From an uncultured Robiginitalea sp. (GTDB taxonomy: Bacteria > Bacteroidota > Bacteroidia > Flavobacteriales > Flavobacteriaceae), in the NCBI GenBank assembly GCA_964514365.1, contig CAZEQO010000003.1, forward strand, positions 3,960 through 40,842: DNA of 36,883 bases, written 5' to 3'. Position 1 is the first letter of the stretch. Each line of letters opens with the position of its first letter. The notes below the pieces were generated by a model. It worked only from the letters and a program-made list of their open reading frames with translations, did not search any database and was not told the DNA's origin. The position numbers were made by a program, and so were the translations under genes. This document shows, one piece after another, positions 8,447 through 16,640 of the stretch.

Positions 8447-8839
8447 ATGGCAAGTATTTTTACCCGGATAATCAATGGCGAAATCCCCTGCTATAAAATT
8501 GCAGAGGATTCGGATAATTTTGCTTTTCTCGATATTCAACCCAATGCCCCGGGGCATACATTGTGCATCCCCAAGAGGGAAGTGGACAAAATCACGGATT
8601 TGGATGCCGGGGCCTATATGAGTCTGATGCGCTTTAGCCGGGAAGTCGCTTTGGCTTTAGAGGCAAGTATGGATTGCAAGCGGATTGGCATGACAGTAAT
8701 CGGCCTGGAAGTACCCCACGTGCACGTACATCTGATTCCCCTTCGTGAAATGGCAGATGCCACATTCCAGACAAAAGCCAAACTCTCTCCTGAAGCCTTT
8801 GAGGCCATAGCGGAGAAAATCAGATCCAGGCTCAAATAA
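8447..8839 (+). CDS. HIT family nucleotide hydrolase
   Basis: SIFTRIINGEIP, AFLDI.P..PGHTL.IPK and histidine triad PHVHVHLIP. Confidence 0.95.
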   Translation: MASIFTRIINGEIPCYKIAEDSDNFAFLDIQPNAPGHTLCIPKREVDKITDLDAGAYMSLMRFSREVALALEASMDCKRIGMTVIGLEVPHVHVHLIPLREMADATFQTKAKLSPEAFEAIAEKIRSRLK

Positions 8840-8948
8840 AATTTTAGAGTTCACACTCCAATTTCTATTTGGAACATAAGCCAGGGGCCTGGTCGTAATG
8901 CACATACCCCAGGTGCACCCCATTTTGCTGCCGGCCTTCCAAGTATAC

Positions 8949-9299
8949 TCAGGGCCCTGATGCCAGGAGTGTATAAACCAGCGCGCCTACCAGGACTATT
9001 CCCAGGAGAACCAGGATAAAGAAAAGTGGTCGAAACCTGATCTTTGCCTTTTCGGGCTTCAGGGCTTTCTGATAATATTCTACGCTGCGTTCAATGTCCG
9101 GGGTCCACCGGATTGGATAGAGGACGGAGCCACAGGTGTTGCATTTGAGTTCGTGGGTTACCTCAGGGGTAATTCGGTCGAAGAACCGACCGATCAAATG
9201 CTTTTGGTAGAAAGTGAGCGTTAAATCCTGATTAAAACATTCAGGACAATTATTGGTCACAGGGTTCTGACTTAGAATATGTCTTTCGTTCGCCGCCAT
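8949..9299 (-). CDS. Hypothetical zinc-ribbon protein with C-terminal membrane anchor
   Basis: CPEC and CNTC pairs; hydrophobic C-terminus; starts 1 nt after the kinase stop. Confidence 0.75.
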   Translation of the reverse strand: MAANERHILSQNPVTNNCPECFNQDLTLTFYQKHLIGRFFDRITPEVTHELKCNTCGSVLYPIRWTPDIERSVEYYQKALKPEKAKIRFRPLFFILVLLGIVLVGALVYTLLASGP

Positions 9300-9300
9300 A

Positions 9301-10449
9301 TCAACTGAGGGTTTTAAAACTGAGTTGCATCACGGTTCCTTCCTTCCCGGAAGAGAGCACCTTGATTTTCCCTTGATGGTATTCTTCAACAATTCGTTTT
9401 ACCAGAGACAGTCCCAGGCCCCATCCGCGTTTTTTGGTCGTAAAACCCGGATTGAAGATTTCCTGAAATTGTTTCCTGGGGATGCCGTGTCCGGTGTCGC
9501 ATACCAGGACGTTGACTGACTGGTTGCCCTGGAGAATCTCAATGGAGATCTCCCCTTTTCCCTTCATGGCATCGATTCCGTTTTTGACGAGGTTTTCTAT
9601 TGTCCAGTGGTACAGGGATTCATTCAGGGAAACGCTTGCGGATTCCACTTTGGTGTGAAAGGTGAATGTAATGAGCCTGGAACTTCGGGTCTGTAAATAT
9701 TCAAAAGCGGTTTTGGTTTCCGCCACAATGTCCCGGGGTTCTAATTTGGGTAGAGACCCGATCTGGGAAAACCTTTCCGTTATGGTTTGCAGCCGGCCGA
9801 TATCCTTTTCGATTTCCTTGGTAATCCGGGGGTTTACGGCCTCGTTTTTCAACAGCTCATTCCAGCCCAAGAGGGAAGTCAGCGGCGTCCCAATCTGATG
9901 CGCCGTCTCTTTGGCCATCCCTGCCCACAATTTATTCTGTTCGGAAACTTTGTTGGTTTTAAAGAAAAAGAAAATGACAGTCCCGAAAAGAAAAATGATG
10001 AGCAATAGGGCAATGGGATAGTATTTTAGTTTGTTGAGTACTTCGGAGTTGCCGTAGTAGAGGGTCGCCAGATGTTCGTTCTGATAGTCGATTTGAATCG
10101 GTTTGTTTTCAGCTTGAAAGTCCCTGATCTTGTCTTGTATACGGGTGCTGTCCTCAGGGGAGACCTTGGGCATATTATTGATCTTGACAGAACCGTCCGC
10201 ATTTACAAGGATCATAGGGGTCGTGGTATTTCGTTGCAACACTTTCAAATGAAGCGTGCCCAGTTCCAGATTCTCTGAGGATCGGAGAAGTTCGGATTGG
10301 GCAGTAGCCCATATCTCCATTTTATGTCGCTCTTCTTCTTTGAATTTTTTGAAAAAACTGTTGGTATTCCAAAGTATCAGGCTGACGATAACAAAGGCGG
10401 AGATCAGCAAAAATGTATTCGAAAACTTCCCTGGAGGATTTATTTTCAT
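9301..10449 (-). CDS. Membrane-bound sensor histidine kinase
   Basis: Two TM segments, H-box ETAHQIGTPL, N-box IENLVKNGIDAM, G1 DTGHGI, F-box IFNPGFTTK, G2 GWGLGL. Confidence 0.95.
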   Translation of the reverse strand: MKINPPGKFSNTFLLISAFVIVSLILWNTNSFFKKFKEEERHKMEIWATAQSELLRSSENLELGTLHLKVLQRNTTTPMILVNADGSVKINNMPKVSPEDSTRIQDKIRDFQAENKPIQIDYQNEHLATLYYGNSEVLNKLKYYPIALLLIIFLFGTVIFFFFKTNKVSEQNKLWAGMAKETAHQIGTPLTSLLGWNELLKNEAVNPRITKEIEKDIGRLQTITERFSQIGSLPKLEPRDIVAETKTAFEYLQTRSSRLITFTFHTKVESASVSLNESLYHWTIENLVKNGIDAMKGKGEISIEILQGNQSVNVLVCDTGHGIPRKQFQEIFNPGFTTKKRGWGLGLSLVKRIVEEYHQGKIKVLSSGKEGTVMQLSFKTLS

Positions 10450-10542
10450 GCCCCTTTCTTGTAGTCATTAAAGATAACTGAAATTGAAGGGAATTGTTGT
10501 GAGAAGTATGATTTTGACCTTCTGCTTTCTGGCAGATTTCAA

Positions 10543-10550
10543 TACCTTTG
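10543..10550 (+). promoter_or_regulatory. -7 promoter element (TACCTTTG) for the flavin reductase gene
   Basis: Exact match, only 5 nt before ATG 10556. Confidence 0.6.
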
Positions 10551-10555
10551 TCACC

Positions 10556-11446
10556 ATGAGTGACTCCTACCTGACCCTCTTGCCTGAAAAACTGGAAACC
10601 CGGGATTTGCACGGGTATTTGCTCGGAGCAGTAGGCCCGAGGCCTATTGCTTTTGCGAGTACCGTAGACAGGGATGGGAAACCTAATCTCGCCCCCTTTA
10701 GTTTTTTTAATGTCTTTAGTGCCAATCCGCCGATTTTGATTTTTTCCCCGGCTCGCAGGGTCCGGGACAATACCGTCAAGCATACCCTTGAAAATGTAAT
10801 GGAAACCCGGGAAGTGGTCATCAACGTTGTTTCTTATGCCATGGTACAGCAGATGTCCCTTGCCAGCACGGAGTACGACCGGGGGGTAAATGAATTTGTA
10901 AAGGCCGGTTTTACCATGTTGCCCTCAGAAGTCGTTACCCCCTGCCGGGTGGGGGAGTCCCCCGTTCAATTTGAATGTGAGGTAACCAAAATTGAACCCC
11001 TGGGGGAATCAGGTGGTGCCGGGAATCTTATATTTTCAAAAGTAGTCCGGGTACATATCAGCAGGGATGTGCTGACAGAAACCGACACCCTGGACCCTGT
11101 AAAGCTGGATTTGGTAGCCCGGATGGGGGGTAATTGGTACTCCAGGGCCATAGAGGGGCTTTTTGAGGTTCCCAAACCCTTGACTACTAAGGGTATTGGT
11201 GTAGACCTTATCCCGGAAGCCATCCTCAAGAGTCCTGTGCTGAGTGGGAATGACCTCGGGATGTTGGGGAATTTTGAGCGCTTGCCCTCCCAGGCGGAGA
11301 TCGCTGAATTTCTCGAGATGAACCCGGAGCTTCAAAACCTTCTGAATATCTCAGATGAGATTCAGATACACGCACGGGCCAAAGCCTTTCTACACCAAAA
11401 CGATGTAGAGTCCGCCTGGAAAATACTATTGGCCACAGGAGCCTGA
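10556..11446 (+). CDS. Flavin reductase family protein (DIM6/NTAB type)
   Basis: VGPRPIAFAST, NLAPFSFFN, KHTLEN, PCRVGESPVQFEC, VARMGGNWY. Start moved to ATG 10556 because of the promoter position. Confidence 0.92.
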   Translation: MSDSYLTLLPEKLETRDLHGYLLGAVGPRPIAFASTVDRDGKPNLAPFSFFNVFSANPPILIFSPARRVRDNTVKHTLENVMETREVVINVVSYAMVQQMSLASTEYDRGVNEFVKAGFTMLPSEVVTPCRVGESPVQFECEVTKIEPLGESGGAGNLIFSKVVRVHISRDVLTETDTLDPVKLDLVARMGGNWYSRAIEGLFEVPKPLTTKGIGVDLIPEAILKSPVLSGNDLGMLGNFERLPSQAEIAEFLEMNPELQNLLNISDEIQIHARAKAFLHQNDVESAWKILLATGA

Positions 11447-11527
11447 CCTGTTCATAGAACCTTCCAAAAGGAGGTCTTGAAAAGGAATGATTTTAAAATT
11501 TTAAACAAAGAAACGCAGTTAGAAATT

Positions 11528-11905
11528 ATGGAAGTACAAGGAACAATCAAACTTATTGACGAGACAAAAACATACGGTTCAAACGGCTTTCGCAAAAGAG
11601 AGCTGGTATTGACCACAGATGAACAATACCCACAGCACCTGATGATCGAATTCGTTCAGGACAAAACGGATCTGTTGAATAATTTTCAGGTAGGACAGCA
11701 GGTCAATATAAGTATCAATTTACGGGGCCGGGAGTGGGTCAATCCGCAGGGTGAGACCAAATACTTCAATTCCATTCAGGGATGGCGGATTGAATTGGTG
11801 CAGGCCGGTGAAAAAGGAGGGAATATGCCGCCAGTCCCACCAATGGAGGCTTTTGAACCTGCGGAAAACCTCAAAGAAGAGGACTACGACGACCTCCCAT
11901 TTTAA
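11528..11905 (+). CDS. DUF3127 family protein (OB-fold, SSB-like)
   Basis: MEVQG.I, GFRKRELV, EQYPQ...IEFVQDK, INLRGREW, YFNSIQGWRI, acidic tail DDLPF. Confidence 0.9.
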   Translation: MEVQGTIKLIDETKTYGSNGFRKRELVLTTDEQYPQHLMIEFVQDKTDLLNNFQVGQQVNISINLRGREWVNPQGETKYFNSIQGWRIELVQAGEKGGNMPPVPPMEAFEPAENLKEEDYDDLPF

Positions 11906-11962
11906 ACCGTATTTGCTCGGGATATATTTGGCAAACCGCGCACCGGCAAACTGTTTTAGCCT

Positions 11963-13339
11963 ATGTCCCTGACCCGTACTGTTGAGGTAATATTCAGGAG
12001 ATTTCTACCTTCTCCTTTTGTTATTGCATTGCTCCTGACCCTGGTCACCATGGGCCTCGCCCTGGTTTTTGGAGAATATCCCGAGGGAGAAAACACCGGG
12101 AAGGATATCCTCAGGTCATGGGAAAAGGGGCTGTGGAATCGGGAACTCCTCGTGTTTGCATACCAGATGATGCTGATTCTGGTATTGGGCCATGTACTGG
12201 TACTCAGCAAGCCTATGGAACGCCTGATCCTCCGGCTCACCTCCCTCACGCGGGATGGAGCCTCGGCAGCCCTCCTGGTTGCCTCGACTACTATGTTGGT
12301 TTCATTTTTTAACTGGGGGCTCGGCCTGATCTTTGGCGCTATTTTGGCGCGAAAAGTAGGCGAGTATGCACAGAGGCAACAAATCCCATTGAATTATCCC
12401 CTGATTGGAGCCTGCGGCTATGTCGGTTTGATGATCTGGCATGGAGGAATCAGCGGATCGGCACCTATAAAAGTTTCCGAACCCGGCCATCTCGCCGGCC
12501 TTATGAACTCGGCTTCAAATGGAGCTGACTTAAATATATATCCCGAGACGATTCCCACTTCAGATACGATTTTTAGCCTGCCAAACCTGGTAGTGTTTGC
12601 ACTGGTATTTACAGCGATTTGTGCCCTTGTTTATTATTTGGGGCGAAAGACGGGCCCTACCCTTATTTCGTTGCCATCCTATGCATTTTCCCCAAGGGAA
12701 AAGTCACCTGCATCAGGAGCGGAACGGCTCGATCACTCCCCCGTTTTATCCACGGTTTTGGGAAGTCTGATTTTTGTTGCTTTTCTGGTGCAGTACCTGC
12801 CTCAACTCAAAACGCTGAATCTGACCCCGGACATGCTCAATTTCTTTATGTTGGGCCTGGCCATACTTCTGCATGGGAACATTCGAAGTTTTTTACAGGC
12901 AACCCAGGAGGCTATTGGAGACACAGCCGGAATCCTGATACAGTTTCCGCTTTATTTCGGGATCATGGGAATCATGACGGAAAGTGGTCTGATCCACCGG
13001 ATCTCTGATTTTTTTGTAGCCGTGAGTACGGATAGGACGTTTCCTGTTTTTACTTTTTTCAGCGCGGGCCTGGTTAATGTTTTTGTCCCGAGTGGAGGGG
13101 GGCAGTGGGCCGTACAGGGCCCGATAATTTTAGAAGCTGCCCAGCGCCTTGGGGTATCGTTTCCGAAAGCTGTACTGGCCCTTTCCTACGGGGATCAACT
13201 CACCAATATGCTCCAACCTTTTTGGGCCCTGCCACTTTTGGGGATTACCAGGTTAAAGGCTCGTGAGATCCTTCCGTATACTTTGCTTTTTATGTTTGTG
13301 GGGGGTGTGATTTTCCTGGGTGGTTTGTGGTTTTCCTGA
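11963..13339 (+). CDS. atoE: Short-chain fatty acid transporter (AtoE/TIGR00366 family)
   Basis: FLPSPFVIA, QMMLILVLGH, FNWGLGLI, GISGSAP, ILIQFPLYFGIMG, FVPSGGGQWAVQGP, YGDQLTNMLQPFWALPLL. TATATTTG promoter match at 11923-11930. Confidence 0.9.
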   Translation: MSLTRTVEVIFRRFLPSPFVIALLLTLVTMGLALVFGEYPEGENTGKDILRSWEKGLWNRELLVFAYQMMLILVLGHVLVLSKPMERLILRLTSLTRDGASAALLVASTTMLVSFFNWGLGLIFGAILARKVGEYAQRQQIPLNYPLIGACGYVGLMIWHGGISGSAPIKVSEPGHLAGLMNSASNGADLNIYPETIPTSDTIFSLPNLVVFALVFTAICALVYYLGRKTGPTLISLPSYAFSPREKSPASGAERLDHSPVLSTVLGSLIFVAFLVQYLPQLKTLNLTPDMLNFFMLGLAILLHGNIRSFLQATQEAIGDTAGILIQFPLYFGIMGIMTESGLIHRISDFFVAVSTDRTFPVFTFFSAGLVNVFVPSGGGQWAVQGPIILEAAQRLGVSFPKAVLALSYGDQLTNMLQPFWALPLLGITRLKAREILPYTLLFMFVGGVIFLGGLWFS

Positions 13340-13373
13340 TCGTTCAGTATATTTTGCCTTAAAAATAGTCACT

Positions 13374-14036
13374 TTGAAATCCCAGCATATTCCCGTTCCC
13401 ATCCTGACCCGGCGCCTGGTATTTCCTCCGGTAACCCAGGCAACCTCGGAAGGATTACTGGCTGTAGGCGGAGACCTGAGTACGGATCGCCTGATGCTGG
13501 CCTACCGCAATGGGGTGTTTCCCTGGTTTAGTGATGATTCCCTTTTGTTGTGGTGGAGCCCGGACCCAAGGGCAGTCCTTTTTCCCAAAAAACTCAAGAT
13601 CTCCCGGAGTATGCGGCGATTACTGCAGAAGGATCGTTTCAGAGTCACCCGAAATAGGAATTTCACAGAGGTAATTACACATTGTGCCCGGGTGGAACGC
13701 GGGGAGCAGGAGGGAACTTGGATTACTGAACGCATGCTGCAGGCCTATGAAGAGTTGCATAATTTGGGGTATGCCGTTTCTTATGAAGTATGGGAGGACA
13801 ACAAACTGGTAGGCGGTCTTTACGGGATCGACCTCGGGCATGTCTTTTGCGGAGAAAGTATGTTCAGCCTGGTTTCCAACGCTTCTAAAGTGGCTTTTAT
13901 ACAGATGGTGCGGGAATTGGAAGGTCAGGGATACAGTTGTATAGACTGCCAGGTGTACTCCCAACATCTGGGCACATTGGGGGCCGAGAAAATTCCGAGG
14001 GAGGCCTTTTTACAGATACTTACAAATTCAGGATAA
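13374..14036 (+). CDS. aat: Leucyl/phenylalanyl-tRNA-protein transferase
   Basis: GLLAVGGDLS, AYRNGVFPWF, WWSPDPR, TWIT, LVGGLYG, FCGESMFS, NASK, IDCQ. The start codon is uncertain (TTG 13374 chosen). Confidence 0.95.
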   Translation: MKSQHIPVPILTRRLVFPPVTQATSEGLLAVGGDLSTDRLMLAYRNGVFPWFSDDSLLLWWSPDPRAVLFPKKLKISRSMRRLLQKDRFRVTRNRNFTEVITHCARVERGEQEGTWITERMLQAYEELHNLGYAVSYEVWEDNKLVGGLYGIDLGHVFCGESMFSLVSNASKVAFIQMVRELEGQGYSCIDCQVYSQHLGTLGAEKIPREAFLQILTNSG

Positions 14037-14703
14037 GAGAAGAAAGCAGAAATAGAACAGGGCGCCCTTCCAACCAAAGCCCGACCCTGCGATACTCCGT
14101 TCCAACCTGTATTTTTGCCGTATTATTGGCTAAATAACCAAGCCAGGCACTGGCCCGCAGGCCGTACACAGGTCGGATACCCTTACCGACGGAGTTAAGG
14201 GCTTCCAGATTCCCAACCCAGTAGAGTTCTCCCGGGTCAAGTTTTTCCCCCTGTACGGGGCCGTCCGCTGAAAAGCGGTATCTGAAACGGTGCAGGGTAC
14301 GGGAGGTAAGTATACGTTGTTCTGTTCGAAATCGATGTCCGAATCGAATGGAATGCTTACGGTGGATAAGGTTGAATTGCTGGGTCAGGCGCAATTCATT
14401 TTGATCCGGTCCTTCAAAAGGCTCTCTCAGGCGGTACATTATTCCCAGGCCCAGACTGCGTTGACGGGGCAGTTTAAAATTTGAAAAGTGTGCGAGATCT
14501 AAATGGATCGTCCCAATGCCGGATTCCATTGGATTTAAGAAAAGTGCGCGTTGGGCAAATGAAAAATTATGGGTGTAGCCCGGACTTAATGAATAGTTCA
14601 GGGAAATCTGGGGTTGCATAAATCCTATAAGATCGTCCTGCCCCCAGCATGTGCCGCAATAGAAAGCCAAACATAGAACCCCAATCCTTTTAATAAAGGA
14701 CAT
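14020..14703 (-). CDS. DUF2490-like outer-membrane beta-barrel protein
   Basis: Signal peptide; NELRLTQQ, HRFRTEQR and RFRYR alternating beta-strand pattern. Confidence 0.75.
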   Translation of the reverse strand: MSFIKRIGVLCLAFYCGTCWGQDDLIGFMQPQISLNYSLSPGYTHNFSFAQRALFLNPMESGIGTIHLDLAHFSNFKLPRQRSLGLGIMYRLREPFEGPDQNELRLTQQFNLIHRKHSIRFGHRFRTEQRILTSRTLHRFRYRFSADGPVQGEKLDPGELYWVGNLEALNSVGKGIRPVYGLRASAWLGYLANNTAKIQVGTEYRRVGLWLEGRPVLFLLSSLILNL

Positions 14704-15271
14704 GATCGTAATTTGGGGGTAGGGATTTGCGCTGATTTAAAAACTTCCCTTCAAAATCAAAGAGGATTTCAAAGTCCATATAGTGCCCTGTAGTTTTGGC
14801 ATATACCATTACCTCATATCGGATTTCCGGGAGTATCAGGTTTTGAAAGGCATTTCTAAAGGTTTCTTCTGCGGAAGCAAAGGCCGTCCCTGGATATTGT
14901 TGTTGGATTTTTCGAATCTTATACTTCGAAAAGTTTTTTTTCAAATACGACTCCATGGCCTGATAGGACGCTTTGGGGATATCTACCTCGGAAATCCCCA
15001 CTTCAATATCCTCCAGTACATCTCGGTCGTTGAATTCCACGCTGTACTTCAGCTTGTCCCGCTTGAATTTGATTTCGTAAGTCTGCTTACTGCTGTCGAT
15101 TTCTTTATAATAGCGCAGTTTTCGAACCCCGTCGAGAAAGGGTTCCGCAAGGGCCAGGGAAGCCTGCGGAAACTGGGATTTCTTAATGCGAAATTCCCGC
15201 TCGTATTTCGCCTGGGCATTGAGGGAACAACAGAACAACATGGCGAGCAGGGTGATGATTCTATACTTCAT
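14690..15271 (-). CDS. Secreted hypothetical protein (PepSY/BLIP-like repeats possible)
   Basis: Signal peptide MKYRIITLLAMLFCCSLNA; repeated YE(I/V)..K......(VEF/ILF)...(G) units; overlaps both neighbours. Confidence 0.65.
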   Translation of the reverse strand: MKYRIITLLAMLFCCSLNAQAKYEREFRIKKSQFPQASLALAEPFLDGVRKLRYYKEIDSSKQTYEIKFKRDKLKYSVEFNDRDVLEDIEVGISEVDIPKASYQAMESYLKKNFSKYKIRKIQQQYPGTAFASAEETFRNAFQNLILPEIRYEVMVYAKTTGHYMDFEILFDFEGKFLNQRKSLPPNYDHVLY

Positions 15272-15824
15272 TATACCTAAAACAATTAATTTCATGATCA
15301 TTTACCATTCCCGTTGCCTGCATCATGGCATAAACAATAGTACTTCCTACAAAGGTAAAACCTCTTTTCTTTAAATCTGCACTCATTCGGTCAGAGAGCG
15401 GCGTTTTGGCCGGGGCCTCCCTGTAGTTGTTAAATGTATTTCGGATTTGCTTCCCATCTGAAAAACTCCAGTAGTAAGAGCTAAAGCTCCCGAACTCTTT
15501 TTGCACGGCAAGGAATGCCCGGGCGTTGGTGATACTTCCTTTGATTTTCAGGCGGTTTCGGACAATTCCCGCATCAGCCAGCAAGTTTTCGTATTTATCA
15601 CTGCCGTACAAGGCAATTTTTTCAGGGTTAAAATTGTCAAAGGCGGTGCGAAAATTTTCCCTTTTTTTCAAAATGGTGATCCAGCTTAACCCAGCCTGAA
15701 AGGTTTCCAGCAGGAGAAACTCAAAGAGCTTCTGATCGTCCGTAACCTTGACGCCCCATTCCAAATCGTGATAGGATTCGTAGAGGGAATCGCCTTTACA
15801 CCAGCCACATCGGTCTTTCTCCAT
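15261..15824 (-). CDS. tag: DNA-3-methyladenine glycosylase I
   Basis: RCGW, YHDLEWG, LETFQAGLSWITILKKRENFR, IVRNRLKI, LKKRGFTFVG, QATGMVNDH...C. Confidence 0.97.
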   Translation of the reverse strand: MEKDRCGWCKGDSLYESYHDLEWGVKVTDDQKLFEFLLLETFQAGLSWITILKKRENFRTAFDNFNPEKIALYGSDKYENLLADAGIVRNRLKIKGSITNARAFLAVQKEFGSFSSYYWSFSDGKQIRNTFNNYREAPAKTPLSDRMSADLKKRGFTFVGSTIVYAMMQATGMVNDHEINCFRYNEV

Positions 15825-15866
15825 GACTTAAATATACGGAATCCTAAGGTTTTGAAGGCATTTCAT

Positions 15867-15927
15867 TGATAGGGATACTTTCGTTAAATAATAGTTAAAC
15901 TTTCAAGTAATGATAGTAATGCTATTA
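15867..15927 (+). promoter_or_regulatory. Three phased 17-bp imperfect palindromes, candidate TetR operators
   Basis: TGATAGGGATACTTTCG (15867), TAATAGTTAAACTTTCA (15889), TGATAGTAATGCTATTA (15911): consensus TRATAG-N5-CTWTYR at a 22-bp period. Confidence 0.6.
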
Positions 15928-15933
15928 TATTTG
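15926..15933 (+). promoter_or_regulatory. -7 promoter element (TATATTTG) for the TetR operon
   Basis: Exact match 20 nt before ATG 15954; overlaps the third palindrome. Confidence 0.65.
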
Positions 15934-15953
15934 CGGGTGAATAATCTGATCCT

Positions 15954-16640
15954 ATGAAGCATCTGATCAATAATGTGAAGATTGCGGTGAATGAAAAGAC
16001 CTATGTCAAGAATCCCGAATCTTCTGATTTGGGCAAGCGTATCGTGCAGAGTGGCATTGCTTTGATTTCAGAGGTGGGATTTGAAAATTTCAATTTCAGG
16101 AAACTCGGCGCGCGGATCGGATCAAACGAGAGCTCGGTTTACCGATACTTCGAAAACAAACACAAATTTCTCATTTACCTCTCGTCCTGGTATTGGGGGT
16201 GGAAGGAATATCAATTGGTGCTTACTACCAATAATATTCAGGACCCGGCCTACAAATTGGAAAGGGCATTGAATGTCCTTACGGAACCAGTAGAGGCGGA
16301 TTCCTCATTTTCTTATATAGACGAAGCAGCTTTGTATCAGATCGTCATTAATGAGTACTCAAAGTCCTTTCTGACCAAGGAAGTCGATCGGGAAAACAAA
16401 GAGGGTTATTTTGAGATATACAAACGTATGGTAGGCCGGCTTCAGGATATGATCCTCGCGGTAAATCCGGATTATCCCTTTTCGGCAAGTCTTGCCAGTA
16501 CAGTTCTGGAGGGCGCCATGCACCAGTATTTTCTCAAAGAACATTTTCCATCCCTTACAGACTGCGAGGATAAAGAGTCTGTTTATAAATTTTTCAGACA
16601 CCAGGTATTCACTTCTCTAAACGTACAGATCGATGATTAA
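15954..16640 (+). CDS. TetR/AcrR family transcriptional regulator
   Basis: HTH region GFENFNFRKLGARIGSNESSVYRYFENKHK. Confidence 0.92.
   Translation: MKHLINNVKIAVNEKTYVKNPESSDLGKRIVQSGIALISEVGFENFNFRKLGARIGSNESSVYRYFENKHKFLIYLSSWYWGWKEYQLVLTTNNIQDPAYKLERALNVLTEPVEADSSFSYIDEAALYQIVINEYSKSFLTKEVDRENKEGYFEIYKRMVGRLQDMILAVNPDYPFSASLASTVLEGAMHQYFLKEHFPSLTDCEDKESVYKFFRHQVFTSLNVQIDD

Noticed and set aside
8840-8948. Possible small gene or terminator between HIT and the zinc-ribbon gene
   Set aside because: I found no convincing hairpin with a T tract and no credible ORF confined to the gap.
14020-14036. Convergent 3' overlaps (aat/DUF2490 here; thioredoxin/TonB-like at 22617-22634)
   Set aside because: Short tail-to-tail overlaps are common in compact genomes and do not by themselves indicate antisense regulation.
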